The position numbers were made by a program, and so were the translations under genes. A stretch of DNA of 64,000 nucleotides from Octopus vulgaris (Eukaryota). Below are positions 1 to 57,555 of this stretch, in pieces. The stretch covers positions 99,634,001 to 99,698,000 of the forward strand of contig OX597819.1 in assembly GCA_951406725.2 (NCBI GenBank), written 5' to 3'. Numbering within the stretch: position 1 is the first letter of the stretch; each line of letters opens with the position of its first letter. The notes under the pieces are model-generated. The model saw nothing but the letters and a program-made list of their open reading frames with translations. It ran no database searches and was not told where the DNA came from.

Positions 1-3000
1 GTGGGTGGAAAATGCTTCCGAGAGCGAAGTACAAAAATGCCTTGGGAGCGAGTAGGAACAAAAGACCCACATCAATTGAGGAAAGCAGTTTGAAACCACT
101 GAGGTGAGATTTGGGACGGAAGATGAAGCTAGATGTAATTCCGCAACCACTTTGAAGAATGGCAACTTATTCTTAATCCCCAGCTATTGCGCCCAACGTC
201 TTGCCAAGATTAAGGTGTTCAAATATCCATTACCTGGTTAGTGGTGGCCGTCTTGGCAGGTTTAGAAGAAGCCAAAGTCACAATACAGGAGGTCAAGTAA
301 CTACCTAAGCAATACTGGTTAGGTATAGGTATGGAACTGACCTTGTAATGCAAGCAGAACCATATCAACCAGCTGCCTGAACTAATCGATCTACCGGATG
401 GCACTCACCTGTCAGTGTTCGTGGAGGTTAGAAAGCCAAGAGGCCACAAATATGGATCTGTAAAACACTTAAAGGATTCCTACCCTGAAACAAAGAAAAA
501 TAAAGTCTCACCGTGGCAACATTACAAGTACCTCACGTGCTAAATCATAAACAAGTGCACGAGTCTCCCACATCTTCTCCCAAACCCACGCTCACACCCA
601 CTCGCAAACCAAAACAAAGATGAAGTCTAACCTTCTATAAGGAAGAGCATTGAGGAGAAACTTGCTTTTCCGTGGCCACGGTTGCCATGGAAAAGCAAGT
701 TTCTCCTGAACGCTCTTCATCCCAAACCAACATCAACTGCAATGAGATGGAGAAGGAAGAGCTGAACGATCAATGGATCGCAGTGACAAAAGGAGATAGG
801 TGAATGAGGAGGAGAGCATATAGAGCTACTCCAAGAAATCAACAAAAACTTATTCTGAAATCACAACTGCAACTTAATTCAGAACCACTACAACAAAAAT
901 TGCCAGAACAGGATCAACAACATATCAACAGCAGCATGAACTTCAAAAATATTTATTAGACTGTAGACGAAATGTATTCATCAATTTCACTGTTGTGTAC
1001 AAGCGTAACAGTGAATTGGTGGATTTTATATTCACATTTAAAAAGAATTCAAACAGTATAGTGAGAGAGGGAAAGGAATTTGAGGATTTTATCCCCAAAA
1101 CCCCCAAGAAGAGACTCTTAATTAAAACTTCCTGAAACGTGTATAACACAATGATAGAAAAATTCCCAGGAAGTTTCGGGATTTTAAAAAACTCCATTGA
1201 TAAAAGGCTGTTGGAATGGCCTTTCAAAAATTTCGCCAGTAGAGAAGCCTGGAACTTCCGGGCTTCTCGAAAACCAAGGTGAGAATTTTCCTTCGTATTT
1301 TACCGTACGAGCCCTTTCTTGTTATCCTAGTCATTTTCTTTCTTTGATTAGCATGGCTGTGCTGAAAATGGGGTGTGTGATTGTGCGTGGCCTGGGATCA
1401 GCCTGGAAGCAAGGTCACTTGCTCAATGATCTCAGGTTACTTGATTTAGATATAGCTGCAATTAGTGGAAGAAAGATCTCCGGAAAACACGGTCTGGCAT
1501 CCACTTTTGAAGACTACGTGGTACTCTCATCTTGTGGTCTACCGGGTGCGGATAGCTGTGTAGCAGTGCTACTATGGAAATCGTTAGATCTAGAAGTACG
1601 GACTTCTTTCTAGATCCGGATGGTTGGTTGTTGATTCTGGACGTGAACGGCAGTGAAGGTAGCGCCTTTAGACTAGTGGCGGTTTATGCTCCAACAGGGA
1701 CTGGAAGGCTAGATTTCTTCAGGCGTCTAGAAACATTCTTGGAAACGTCTCGCTCTTTAGTACTAGTCGGGGAGTGGAATAGTATTTTGGACACACGAAG
1801 GACTGTGTGAGATTAGTACATAGTAGAAGAGGGTGTAAAGCCACGAAAACCTGCTCAGGACTTTCCAGCTTTCTGGCAGGTACCGACTGGATTTCCCTGA
1901 TTTGCCTGTGTGGCCATGGAGCAACCACAGCCGATCATGTTCATCGTATTTAGATAGAGTATTTGTTAGGTCATTGGATATGGATAGCGTAGGCCACCTT
2001 CACGGCTGTTCACGTCCAGACCCACCAACCTACTATCCGGATCCAGGAAGATAGCCCGTACTTGGAGATCTAAAGATTTCCGGAGTAGCACTGCTACACA
2101 GCCACCCGCTCCCGGTAGACCACAAGATGAGAATATTTCGTTGTCCACAATTTAAATTGGTCAGTTACACAGATCACAAATTTGTGATATGCTCAATTGA
2201 TTTGGATTGGACCCGTAGACAAGGACCCAATTACTGGAAATTGAATGCGTCCTTACCGGCTCGCAAAACTACAGGGACCGGATTAGTGAACTAGTTAACA
2301 GGCAATTGACGGGGGCTACCATCTACGACCGGTGGTGGATCGCTCTGAAGAGAGCGATAAGAGTAGAATCGATAGCGTTTAGCAAATATTTAGCAATAAA
2401 AAGAAATAGATTAGACAGAGAACTAGTTAGCAAACTAGAAGAGGGTATTGGTAAAGACATCTCGGCCGACGTATTAGTGGCAAGAATGGCCCTTGACCAT
2501 TTCTTTGAGGTGAAACACGACGGGTACATTGTCAGAGGTAACGCTCGAATGCTAAAACACGAAGGAAATGAAGCCGTCCGAAGTCCCGAACGGCAGAGAC
2601 GTGACGTGGAATGAGACGGACGCGAGAATCTGCGAAAGGCCGATTACAGCATATGAAATACAGGAGGCGATGAGCGATTGCATAAGTCGCACATCACCCG
2701 GTTTGGATGGTCTGCTCTACGAATTATATGGTTTCATGCCAGACTTCTTTAGCAGCTTCTTGGCAGATGTCTACAGCAACTGGCAGCAGAACGAGAGAAT
2801 TCGCAGTGCTGTTAGCCGGGGTGCAGTAGCACTGCTGAGAAAGGACGCCGACAATTAGAACCTGCTAGGGAATTTTACGCCCATAACTCTTCTAAACACA
2901 GAGTTTATGATTTTGGCCAACGTGTTAGCGAAAAGGTTGGCGCTTGTCTGGTCGGGGAGGTACAAAGTGCGCAATCCCGGCATGTCTATTCACGACAACC

Positions 3001-3590
3001 TCTACCTTATGCGATACCTCGTAGAAAGGGCTGGGACTATGTCTGTCGTCCGAGTTCATAATGATGATTGCCTCGCCGCCCTCCTTTAATCAGGTCGATA
3101 AGGCAGTTTTCCTTTGCTAGTGGCTGTGGACGAGGCTGAAAGGAATGAGGACAGAAACATTCCTCTTTGGTAAAGCCCTCATCGATTTTACAAGTTTCAC
3201 ATGAAAAAGAAAGTGAGGGTGGAGATGGAAGTGTTGTCCTCGAGTGAATTTATCAAAAGATGGCTAAAAACTGCAAAGCTGGCAAGTGTAGGCATGTGAA
3301 TCGAAAGAAAGATGTTGGAGTGGGCTCTCATCCTTGGTATTCAGGATGATCTTAGATGGTAGGGTTCCTTGATTATTCCTAGATGTCCTCCTGAATCAGA
3401 GGGATACCTATTCACGATTATGTTTTTTTCATTTTCTTGTGTCATATACTATATATACTTCTCTTCATCCAATGTATACCGTGTATATTTTTTATTTTAT
3501 AATTCCATTATATGTAAACCCCCAGCAATTTGTCTGCATTTCTATTGTCCCTTCATCCTTCACCCAAGTGGCAAATAAAAGAATTTATTA
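1..3590 (+). mobile_element. Degenerate L1/Tx1-clade non-LTR retrotransposon (ORF1 remnant plus broken APE-endonuclease/RT ORF2)
   Basis: ORF pieces read 'GCVIVRGL..' (NVRGL-like APE start), 'FRLVAVYAP', 'LVLVGEWN', 'YLDRVF', 'YTDHK', 'SPGLDGL.YELY', 'RPITLLNT..ILANVLAKRL' and 'SIHDNL'. There are many stops and frameshifts. It ends at AATAAAAG followed by a TTA-rich tail near 3575-3640. A decayed zinc-knuckle-like stretch lies near 430-490. Confidence 0.75.
642..718. repeat. Imperfect ~77-bp hairpin (inverted repeat)
   Basis: gaagagcattgaggagaaacttgcttttccgtggc pairs with gccatggaaaagcaagtttctcctgaacgctcttc. Confidence 0.85.
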
Positions 3591-3596
3591 TAATTA

Positions 3597-3597
3597 C

Positions 3598-3630
<33 letters not shown>

Positions 3631-3638
3631 CATTATTA
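3597..3638. repeat. (TTA/TAA)n microsatellite at the 3' junction of the Dong-like element
   Basis: Read directly from sequence. Confidence 0.9.
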
Positions 3639-3639
3639 C

Positions 3640-6600
3640 TTTTTTTTCTTCTTTCAAATTTGCTTCCATTTCTTGCCGAGTGTCTTCCCGACTCCTAGGG
3701 CAAAGAAACTCATAGTATACATTGGTAGGCCATTAAACCAAACTCAATAGTTCGTTCATTTTTTTTTTCTTTTTTTTTAAGTTAAATTAAAATACATGAG
3801 CAGCAACAGTTCTCACATCGACAATTCTCTTCTCAATACGTGTGATGTACCAGTTAAGACAATCTTTTGCACTTCTTGCAGGGATGGTAAGCCAGGGATC
3901 ATTCTCATATAATTTTCGGTTCCCTTCTTGATCATTCCTAGTGCTCCTACGATCACTGGTATTGTAACCGCCTTGAGATGCCACATTTTCTCAATTTCAA
4001 TGAGTAGGTCTTTATATTTTCTGAGCTTGTCAAACTCTTTCGCTGAGATATTATGATCACAGGGGATGCTCATGTCGATCAATAAGCAAACTTTATTGTT
4101 TTGGTCTTTCACAACAATATCTGGTTTATTGGCCTTGATGGTTCGGTCTGTATGTACTGGAAAGTCCCACAGAATGGTTACACTTTCTCCTTCAGTTACA
4201 GCCTCAGGGTGGTGATTATACCACTTGTCGGCAGTTTTGATATTGTAATGCCGACTTATTAGCCAGTGGAGATATTGGCCAACTCTGTCATGTCTTAATT
4301 TATACTCCACTGGTGCTAAGACTTTACATCCAGAGATTAGGTGGCCCACTGTTTCAATCATGTCGTTGCAGAATCGGCATTTTGGGTCCGCTCCATTTTT
4401 CATCACTTTGGCCTGGTAGTTCCGGGTTAATAGGCTTTGATCTTGAGCAGCCAGGATGAAACATTCGCTCTCTGCTTTTAGCCCTGAGCTCCGTAGCCAC
4501 TGATGGGTTTGCTTCTGGTCAACATCAGCTTGTTTGCTGCGGGTCACATATTTGCCGTGCAGAGGTTTCTCCTCCCACCTATCAGCCAATTGCTCGTGCG
4601 CTTTTTTCATTGCCATCATTTTCACCTTCTTTGCAACAATAGTTGCCGTACCTCCCTCGGGTTGTTCAGTTTGGGTATCCTGCACGAGATCAATAGCAAA
4701 TTTTTTGCTTTCCTTTATGATAGAATGAAGCTTCTTTCGTCTCTCGTGATTTTCCACGAACTTTAGCATCCAGTCATTCGATATTTCGAGATATTTGGTC
4801 AGTCCAATTGTGGTTGTTTTGTAAGCTAGTTCAAATTGGATCAGGCCTCGACCTCCTTGGGCTCTGGGAAGGTAAAGGCGATCTACGTCTGCCTTTGGGT
4901 GGTGCATCCTATTACAACTCAGCAGCTTGCGTATTTTCCTATCTATATTCTTTACTTCATTCATATTCCAGTTCAACACATTGTAGCTATAAGTAACAAC
5001 TGGAACTGCTAAGGAATTTATAGCTAACACCTTGTTACGTGCATTTAGTTCAGATTTCAGGACTGCACGAACTCTCCTATAACATTCCTTCCTGATCTTC
5101 TCTTTCATGCTTGCATGCTGAATACCAGAGCCTTCATTTATCCCTAAATATTTGTATGTTTGTTCTTGCTCAAGCTCTCTTATGACTGTGTCAACATCTA
5201 ACACGACTGAATTTGTGGTCTTCACTTTCCCTTTCTGGAAAGTGGCCTTGGCACACTTCTCAAGTCCAAACTCCATCCCGATATCATCGCTGAATACTTT
5301 CACGGTGCGCAATAGGCCTTCAAGTTCATTATTGTCTTTACCATAAAGTTTTAAGTCATCCATATAAAATAGATGGCTTATTTTTTTATTGGCAATTTTA
5401 TATCCATACCCTGTTCTGTTTAATTCACTTGTAAGGGGTATTAGGGCTATGCAGAATATTAAAGGTGAAAGTGAGTCACCTTGAAAAATTCCACAGTTGA
5501 TGTTTATATTTTCTGAGGCAAGTACTCCATTAGAGTGGTATAATTGGAGATTCGTATTCCACAACGACATATTGTGCTTCAGGAAGTTTGAAATCACAGG
5601 GGAAATTTTGAAGATGTCCAGCGATCTCAAGATCCATGGATGCGGTATACTGTCGAAGGCCTTTTTATAGTCAATCCATGCGGTGCTGAGATTTCTGCGC
5701 TTGTTGTGACAGTCCTCAAGGATCATACGATTGATTAGCAGTTGATCTTTGCATCCGTAAGAGCCTCGGCGGCACCCTTTTTGTTCAATGGGGAAAATAT
5801 CGTTCTTCTCCATGAATGCATATGTTTTCTCCGCCAGGATAGATGTTAGGATTTTATACGTGGTGGATAGACAGGTTATAGGCCGATAGTTTTTTGGAAG
5901 GTTGGTTTCGTTATTCTTTGGGAGTAGGTAAGTAATGCCACTTGATAACCATTCAGGTGTTTTCTTTGGGTCTCTCATAATTCCATTGAGCAGCTGAACT
6001 AGCTTACCGTGTGCGCATGGGAGCGATGTGAGCCAGAAATTCGGCACCCTATCTTTACCGGGGGATTTCCAATTATGGGTCTTCGTGAGTGCCTTTCTTA
6101 GGTCTGCTATTGTGATGTCTTCCCATGCTTGTTGTTGTAAATTTTGGTAGGATCCTTCAGTTTGTATAATCCAGTCTGCATTTATGTTGTACGTCTTCAT
6201 GTCACTCCAAATCCTTTTCCAAAAGTTTTGAACTTCTTCCATGGGAGGGGGGTCTTTAACGGTTACTTTCTCCTTCCCTATTTCTCTGTAGAATTGTTTG
6301 GCATTGGATGTGAACAGCTTATTTTGCTTGTAAAACTTGTTTCTCTTCTCAAATCTTCGTATTCTTTGGGCTTTTGCTTGGACTTTTTGTTTCAGCGTTT
6401 CTTTTATTGATATCAGTTCTTCTCTTGGTGAGGATCCAAATTTTCTCTTCATATTTCTTCCTGTTCTGGATCTTACATCATTTCCACATATTATTTCATT
6501 TAATATTGATATTTCCCCTCTCATAAATTCAATCTCTTTTTCAATTTTACTTCTCCAGGTTTGATTTCTTCCCAGGTTTTGTTTTCTTTGTTTTTTCGGG

Positions 6601-7609
6601 TGCATACAGCTGGTTTCAATTGCCCTAGCAGAAGCGTAAATAATTTCATTTAACTCAGTAAAATCAGGTTTTAATTCTCGTATTATTTCATTTGTTACAT
6701 AGTTGCCAATTTGGATTTGTTTTTTATTTTGGTTTGTATTTGAGAGTTTATGAAGTGGTTCTCTATCATTCATACTTGTATGTCTTACAACTTCAAGCGT
6801 ATTCAGGATTTTCTGCCTCATTTCTGCCATAGACTCTCTGTGTTCTTCAGCAAATGCGAGATCTTCAGTTACTGTTGTTTTTACGTTTTCCTGGCTATCT
6901 TTAACAGGTACAATAGAATTTCTTGTATCTTCAGGCCTTTGCGTACTTTGGTCAGATGGCAGTCTTTCAATTAAGCCTCGTGGCGGGCTATACTGTTCAT
7001 CTGATTCTTCATTTCCTTTGTGTCTTATATTTATGTCATTTTCCGTTGCGTGCTTGATCGCGCTTATTTCACTGTCTGTGAGTCTGTTATTTCTAAGGAT
7101 ATCCCTCCTCACATTTGCTAATTTGTTCTCGTCCAAATAGGGCCTACTGTCTTGATTCCGTGTTCTCCATATACTGTAAGAGTTTGCGGTGTGTCTCTCT
7201 TGAGATGGCCTACCTAATGCATAGTAATAAGCGTATATTACTTCTTTATACTCTTCTCGGGTCCATTTGTTCCGCTTACATTTTTCTTTCTGTGGTGGTT
7301 GTGGTGGTGAACTTGGAGGGCTCGAGTTGGGGGATTTCCCGTTCAAGTGACCATCCATGTCCGTATTCGGAGAAGAGTTTGTGCCAGTTGATGACTTTTC
7401 GATCCCAGGCTGGCTCTTCCCTGGGGACGCGCTTCCAGATTAACCATAGGACAAGCGATTTGGTATACTGATTTAGTTTTCCTTTTAGTTTCCAAAAACA
7501 TTTTGGTGCTACGATAATGTTATCATTTTTTAGCTTTGATTGGCTCGTGGGGAGGCGGCCATCATTGCCGTTACAATTATAATCGTACCATTATAGCAGC
7601 CATAGTCGG
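3640..7609 (-). mobile_element. Full-length R4/Dong-clade (RLE-type) non-LTR retrotransposon
   Basis: Single intact ORF plus UTRs. The 3' end abuts (TAA)n at ~3640 and the 5' end abuts a degenerate TAA/TGA-rich tract at ~7610. Boundaries are approximate. Confidence 0.85.
3813..7358 (-). CDS. Retrotransposon polyprotein: reverse transcriptase, CCHC zinc knuckle and restriction-like endonuclease (1181 aa, uninterrupted)
   Basis: RT motifs 'KSPGKD', 'NYRPITCL', 'IDYKKAFDSIPH', 'GIFQGDSLSPL', 'YMDD', 'YKYLG'. Zinc knuckle 'CRFC..ETVGHLISGC', then 'RHD', then RLE 'KPDIVV..LIDMSIP..K..KY'. Confidence 0.95.
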   Translation of the reverse strand: MDGHLNGKSPNSSPPSSPPQPPQKEKCKRNKWTREEYKEVIYAYYYALGRPSQERHTANSYSIWRTRNQDSRPYLDENKLANVRRDILRNNRLTDSEISAIKHATENDINIRHKGNEESDEQYSPPRGLIERLPSDQSTQRPEDTRNSIVPVKDSQENVKTTVTEDLAFAEEHRESMAEMRQKILNTLEVVRHTSMNDREPLHKLSNTNQNKKQIQIGNYVTNEIIRELKPDFTELNEIIYASARAIETSCMHPKKQRKQNLGRNQTWRSKIEKEIEFMRGEISILNEIICGNDVRSRTGRNMKRKFGSSPREELISIKETLKQKVQAKAQRIRRFEKRNKFYKQNKLFTSNAKQFYREIGKEKVTVKDPPPMEEVQNFWKRIWSDMKTYNINADWIIQTEGSYQNLQQQAWEDITIADLRKALTKTHNWKSPGKDRVPNFWLTSLPCAHGKLVQLLNGIMRDPKKTPEWLSSGITYLLPKNNETNLPKNYRPITCLSTTYKILTSILAEKTYAFMEKNDIFPIEQKGCRRGSYGCKDQLLINRMILEDCHNKRRNLSTAWIDYKKAFDSIPHPWILRSLDIFKISPVISNFLKHNMSLWNTNLQLYHSNGVLASENININCGIFQGDSLSPLIFCIALIPLTSELNRTGYGYKIANKKISHLFYMDDLKLYGKDNNELEGLLRTVKVFSDDIGMEFGLEKCAKATFQKGKVKTTNSVVLDVDTVIRELEQEQTYKYLGINEGSGIQHASMKEKIRKECYRRVRAVLKSELNARNKVLAINSLAVPVVTYSYNVLNWNMNEVKNIDRKIRKLLSCNRMHHPKADVDRLYLPRAQGGRGLIQFELAYKTTTIGLTKYLEISNDWMLKFVENHERRKKLHSIIKESKKFAIDLVQDTQTEQPEGGTATIVAKKVKMMAMKKAHEQLADRWEEKPLHGKYVTRSKQADVDQKQTHQWLRSSGLKAESECFILAAQDQSLLTRNYQAKVMKNGADPKCRFCNDMIETVGHLISGCKVLAPVEYKLRHDRVGQYLHWLISRHYNIKTADKWYNHHPEAVTEGESVTILWDFPVHTDRTIKANKPDIVVKDQNNKVCLLIDMSIPCDHNISAKEFDKLRKYKDLLIEIEKMWHLKAVTIPVIVGALGMIKKGTENYMRMIPGLPSLQEVQKIVLTGTSHVLRRELSM

Positions 7610-8095
7610 CTTATTATTGTTATTATCATCACCATTATTATCACTATCATCATTATCACCACCATTACCATCATCATTATCATCATCACCATCACCATCA
7701 CCACCATCATTATCAATGATATTGTTTTATGTGTAGTCACAGCAGTATCTTATTATTGTTATTTTTGGTTTTTTTTATCATTATCACCATCACAGTAGTG
7801 TCTGTCTGTCTCGTTGCCTAGCTTGGTGGTTGGCTGGCTGACTGTCTTCAACGCTAGAGTTCTTGCCTGTCAAATAATACTTTCATATTTGGTTAACAAT
7901 AGAGTGTTGGTTGAACTCTTTGACTGTGTGTGTGTGTGTAGATAGATAGATAGATTATCAGCACTATTACTATCATTATTATCATCATCACCATCAGTGA
8001 TATATTTTTTTTTTAGGTGGGGTCCTATCGGTCAAAAACAGTTCAGATGTTTACTACTATTAGGCTTAACAAAAATTAAGGAAGGGCTGTTCTTA

Positions 8096-8169
<74 letters not shown>

Positions 8170-8200
8170 TTTATTTTTATTATTATTATTATTATTATTA

Positions 8201-8296
<96 letters not shown>
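8096..8296. repeat. (TTA)n microsatellite, about 200 bp
   Basis: Read directly. It adjoins the 3' end of the second Dong-like copy. Confidence 0.95.
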
Positions 8297-8297
<1 letters not shown>

Positions 8298-9625
8298 TGT
8301 GCACAGCTGACGCTGGAGATGTACTACAGTGTCTGCTGTTCACTGCCAGTGAACTAAGGTAGCACCTCTTAATTTTCGAGCACCTTCCGGAGTATTCGAG
8401 CGGTTCCAAGCAGTGCTGTTTTCTGCAAGTGCTCCACCATTATTGCAGCTCCTATATGTTCCACGTACTTCTCGAGATTTTTGCTCACTGCTCCTTGGGC
8501 TCCGACAATTATTAGTACTACTGCTAACTTTTTCATCGACCACAGCTGCTTAACTTCCCAAGCTAATCTGTCATATCTCTCGACTTTTCTTTCTTCCTTA
8601 TCGCATACATTTTTGTCAGCTGGGCATGCTATATCTACGATCCCGCATAGTTTGATTTCTTTCTCAAGTAAGACTATGTCCGGCTTCCTAATCGCTATCT
8701 CATAGTCGCACTGAATCATAAAATCCCATAGGATCTTTGCATTTCTATTTTCGACGATGCCTTCATATTTGTGGCCGTAGCAATTTTTCTTTTGTTCTGT
8801 CAAGTCCATACAAGTTGCAAAATGTCCAGTGAACAAGCCTGGCTATATTTTCGTGGCGTCTCTTAGATTCCTACTGGGCTAATGGCTTACATTGGCTGGT
8901 AATATGTCATACAGTTTCACCGTTTTGTCCACAGATTCTGCACTTACCACTTTCTGATGTGTTGTCTATTCTGTATATTATGTAGTTTGTTACTTTTAGT
9001 CATCTACAGCCTTCTTTTTTCTCTGTATGTCTTATCTTCAACATGCCTATAAAATTGACCATGCATTATTTTCATTCCTCACGTATATTTTCGGTTTCAT
9101 TCGTTTTCAATTTCTTGTACAGTGCTCTATCTTTGTAATCTTTCATCCTACACAAGACTGACCTTCTTACGTCTAGTAATAGCGGTTCTGTGGCATATTT
9201 ACATACTATACTATGTTGCTTTTCTGCTCTAATGCTATGTTCGCATCCAATAAGTCCTCTTCCTCCTCTTTTGTTTGTACATACAGTCTGTCCACTTTTT
9301 GGGTGGAGTGACCTATATCTTGTTAACAGCTTCCTTGTCTTTCTGTCTAAGCTGTTTAGTTCGTCTATTATCCATGCGATTACCCCCTGCTCCATAACTA
9401 AGGAGTGAAACCGCCCAGGTTTTGATAGCTTTGATATTATTCCGTACATTTAATTCCGACTTAAGGATCAGTCTCATTCTGCGCAAGTACTCATTGCACG
9501 TCTCTCCTATCTGTTCCATAACCTCCCTCAACGGTATCGTTTGCTCGTCCAGACATTTGATTTTGCCTCTCTTCAAGACTAACACACCACACTTTCTCAG
9601 TTCGAACTCCATTATGATATCAGCA
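8297..9625 (-). mobile_element. 5'-truncated, degenerate R4/Dong-like retrotransposon (second subfamily)
   Basis: Fragments 'ILWDFMIQCD..RKPDIVL..IVDIACP..LQKTALLGTARILRKVL', 'ILKSELNVRN..AIKTWAV' and 'LDRKTRKLL..HPKS..GGRGL', homologous to the C-terminal half of the 3813-7358 ORF, with frameshifts. Confidence 0.85.
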
Positions 9626-9629
9626 CTGA

Positions 9630-11200
9630 TATACATATATATACAAGAGATCCCAGGACGAATTAACCACAATTTTATAATTGAAGCACTGAAATTCATC
9701 CTGTTGAACAATCATATCTTGTTCGATACTACTTACTATCGACAGATATGCGGAATTGCAATGGGGACCAGAGCTGCTCCAGTGATTGCAAACCTCGTAA
9801 TGGGTTACCACGAACTTAAGTTATACCAATCATCACTAGAAAAATATGGCGCCTCTTTTAATTGCTACTTAAAGGAGAACTGGAAGAGATATTTAGATGA
9901 TTGCTTCATACTTTGGCAAGATAGCATGAATCAACTCCTTGATTTCAAAAGAATGCTCAACAATATACACAGCAATATACAATTCACTATGGAACACAAC
10001 AGTAAGCAACTCCCTTTTCTAGACATCTTAATTATAATAGTTAACAACCACATAGAAACAGACATCTTTTATAAATCCACAGATTCTAAACAATACCTAT
10101 TATTTAACTCCTGCCACCCCAAACACATAAAAATCAACATACCCTTTAACCTAGCAAAAAGAATCTGCACCATAGTTTCCGATACATACACTCGAGAACA
10201 TAGACTCCTTGAACTTAGATCTACTCTAACTAAAAGACATTACCCAATCTCATTAGTAAATGAAGGCATCAAAAGAGCTAAGGAAATAGATATACAAAGG
10301 TTAAGGAAAACTAGCCGAAATACTAAACCAGACTTAAAAATACTCCCGTACATCTCCACAGATAACCCCAGAAACAACGAAGCCTTCAACACCATCACCC
10401 AAAACCTTCCCATCCTCACAGCAGACAAAACAATGAACGAAATTTTAAGCTCATATAAAATTATTAAAACCAAAAAGCAACCGAAGTCACTGAAAAAATA
10501 TTAACCAGCGCTAGACTTTACCCACTAACAACTGAGCCAAAAGAGACAAAATGTGGACTTTCTAACTGTGAAACATGCCCCCACCTTCGAGAGGGTTCAG
10601 AATTCCAAATCAAACAAGGCGAAATATTTAAGATCAAATCAAATTTCACCTGCGCCTCAGCAAATGTAATCTATGTCATGACATGCATAGGATGTGGTAA
10701 ACTCTATATTGGACAAACAGGAATTTCACTCCGTCAAAGAATCACCATTCACAAAGAGCAAATCCGTCACCCACAATACAGACAGTTAAAGGTGAGAGTA
10801 CACATAGAAAGATGTGACAGGAATCTTATTCCCAATTTCCAAATATTTCCCTTTTAGCAATGTTCAAAGAACACCACAATGCAACAAAAGTAGAATAAAG
10901 AGGCATTTTTCATCAATAAATTTCTCCCCTATCTACATATGAACACAACTCAATACAGCACACCACTAACACTTCAATTAAAAGCACTAAACCCTATACA
11001 CTTCCTACACCACTCACATCTCTAAATCCAGAACTACTTACCTCCCTTACAAATAATCCAGAACTACTTAATTAATCTTTTTTCTCAGGAACTATTAGAC
11101 CTGACACCGTGTATTAACCGGTGTTGTTCAAACGATGAATAGATTTGCATAAATTATTGGTTCGTTTTGTTCTCTTACTTTATTATCACCTTATAATCAT
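9630..11200 (+). mobile_element. Penelope-like element fragment (RT plus GIY-YIG endonuclease), frameshifted
   Basis: 'YRQICGIAMGTRAAP', 'WKRYLDDCF', 'IQFTME', 'LPFLD', 'SCHPKH'. After a frameshift near 10495 it reads 'NVIYVMTC.GCGKLYIGQT..LRQRITIH' (GIY-YIG), with stops further on. Confidence 0.9.
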
Positions 11201-11377
11201 CTCATAATAATGACTTTTATGACTCGTATAACTACCTCAGTCAACCTAAATGTATACATTTGTCGTTACCTGTCATAATAGCCTTTTTCTATTTGCAATA
11301 TGCATTTTCGTTGATTTTTCATATTTTACCCTTACATTTCCACGTGCATTTTATATTTTCTTTTCGTAACATATTTC

Positions 11378-11465
<88 letters not shown>

Positions 11466-11471
11466 GCTTAT

Positions 11472-11541
11472 ATGTTGTGTGTGTTGATAAATGTGGTTTG
11501 CGTTCTGCGTACGGAACCGATTATTATCCTTGCAAACCTAG
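11472..11541 (+). CDS. Candidate first coding exon of the mucin-like gene (MLCVLINVVCVLRTEPIIILANL)
   Basis: ATG, open frame, phase-1 donor TAG|GTTAGT compatible with the 11916 exon. Only weakly signal-peptide-like. Confidence 0.25.
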
Positions 11542-11915
11542 GTTAGTAAACATTTAAGTAAGCGCGAAACGATGTGATAGAAATATTAATCAGGCATTTT
11601 AAAGTGTAATATAAGTTGGCATGTTTGATAGTTTTCCCAATTAGGAGGTTCATTTTCTTTTATATTTTAGTTTTATTTACTAGGATTCTTTTGCGTTTAT
11701 TTGTGAAACTTTATTTTCTGGGCTGTTGTATAATTTGATTTTTAACATGATTCCAAAATTTCAAGAGAATTCGAAATCTTGGAGAAATTTGGACTATATT
11801 TTGGTGGGTTAGCAAACTACGTCATTCTTTCTGTACGGTTGTTTACATTCTCAAAATATATAAGCTTACTCTTTAATTATAAAAGTATATTATATGTTCT
11901 TACCTTTTTATTTAG

Positions 11916-56791
<44,876 letters not shown>

Positions 56792-57263
56792 GTAAGTTTA
56801 TTTTTTTGTAACTAGACATACTTATTGCGATGCCCTTCAATGTTATGACGATCTAGTTAAGTTTTCATTTGAAGGCTGTGAGTTAGAAGAATCGGTAGCA
56901 CGCGGACAAAATGCTTAGCGGCATTTCTTCTGACGTTATATTGTGATTTCAAATTTCAATTCGGTCAACTTTGCTTTCTTTCTTCCACTGTCGAAAAAAT
57001 GCGCACCAATTGAGTACTGGGGTCAATGTAATCGAATTGCGTTTCCACCGAAATTGCTAGTCTTGTTTGAAACGATTATTACATTTTCTTTTGGAGGCAT
57101 TAAGATGATAGAATCGCTAGCACGTGGACAAAATACGTTGCCTAATTCTTTTGAATTTACGTTGTAAACTCAAATTTTGTCGGCTCGACTTTACCCTTCA
57201 TATTTTCGAAGTTGATCGAAATAAATAGCAGTTCAGTTTTGACATCAAGTATATTTATGATCG

Positions 57264-57555
57264 TGGAAGCGCAATGGCCCAGTGGTTAGGGCAGTAGACT
57301 CGCAGTCGGAGGATCGCGGTTTCGATTCCCAGTACGGGTGTTCTATGTGTTTATTGAGCGAAAACACCTTGAAACTCTACAAGGCTCCGGCACGGTGGGG
57401 GGGTAATCTTTCGCTACAACTTTCTCTAACGCTCTTCCTGTTTCTTGAGTAACGCTGCAATGGACTGGCGTCCTGTCCAGCTGGGGGAAACACATACACC
57501 ACAGAAACCTGGAAACCGGGCCCATGAGCCTTGCTAGGCTTGATAAGGGCGACGT
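57264..57555 (+). mobile_element. tRNA-derived SINE with V-domain-like core
   Basis: 'tggcccagtggttag..ggtttcgattccc' A/B boxes and 'gcaatggactggcgtcctgtccag' core. Confidence 0.65.

Noticed and set aside
9422-10504. 360-aa ORF as a single gene
   Set aside because: It is a chimera: the first ~65 codons are antisense Dong-like sequence fused by chance to a truncated Penelope RT.
57264-57340. tRNA gene
   Set aside because: The tRNA-like head has no clean acceptor stem or terminator and continues into a SINE body. The same applies to 33614, 42427 and 45437.
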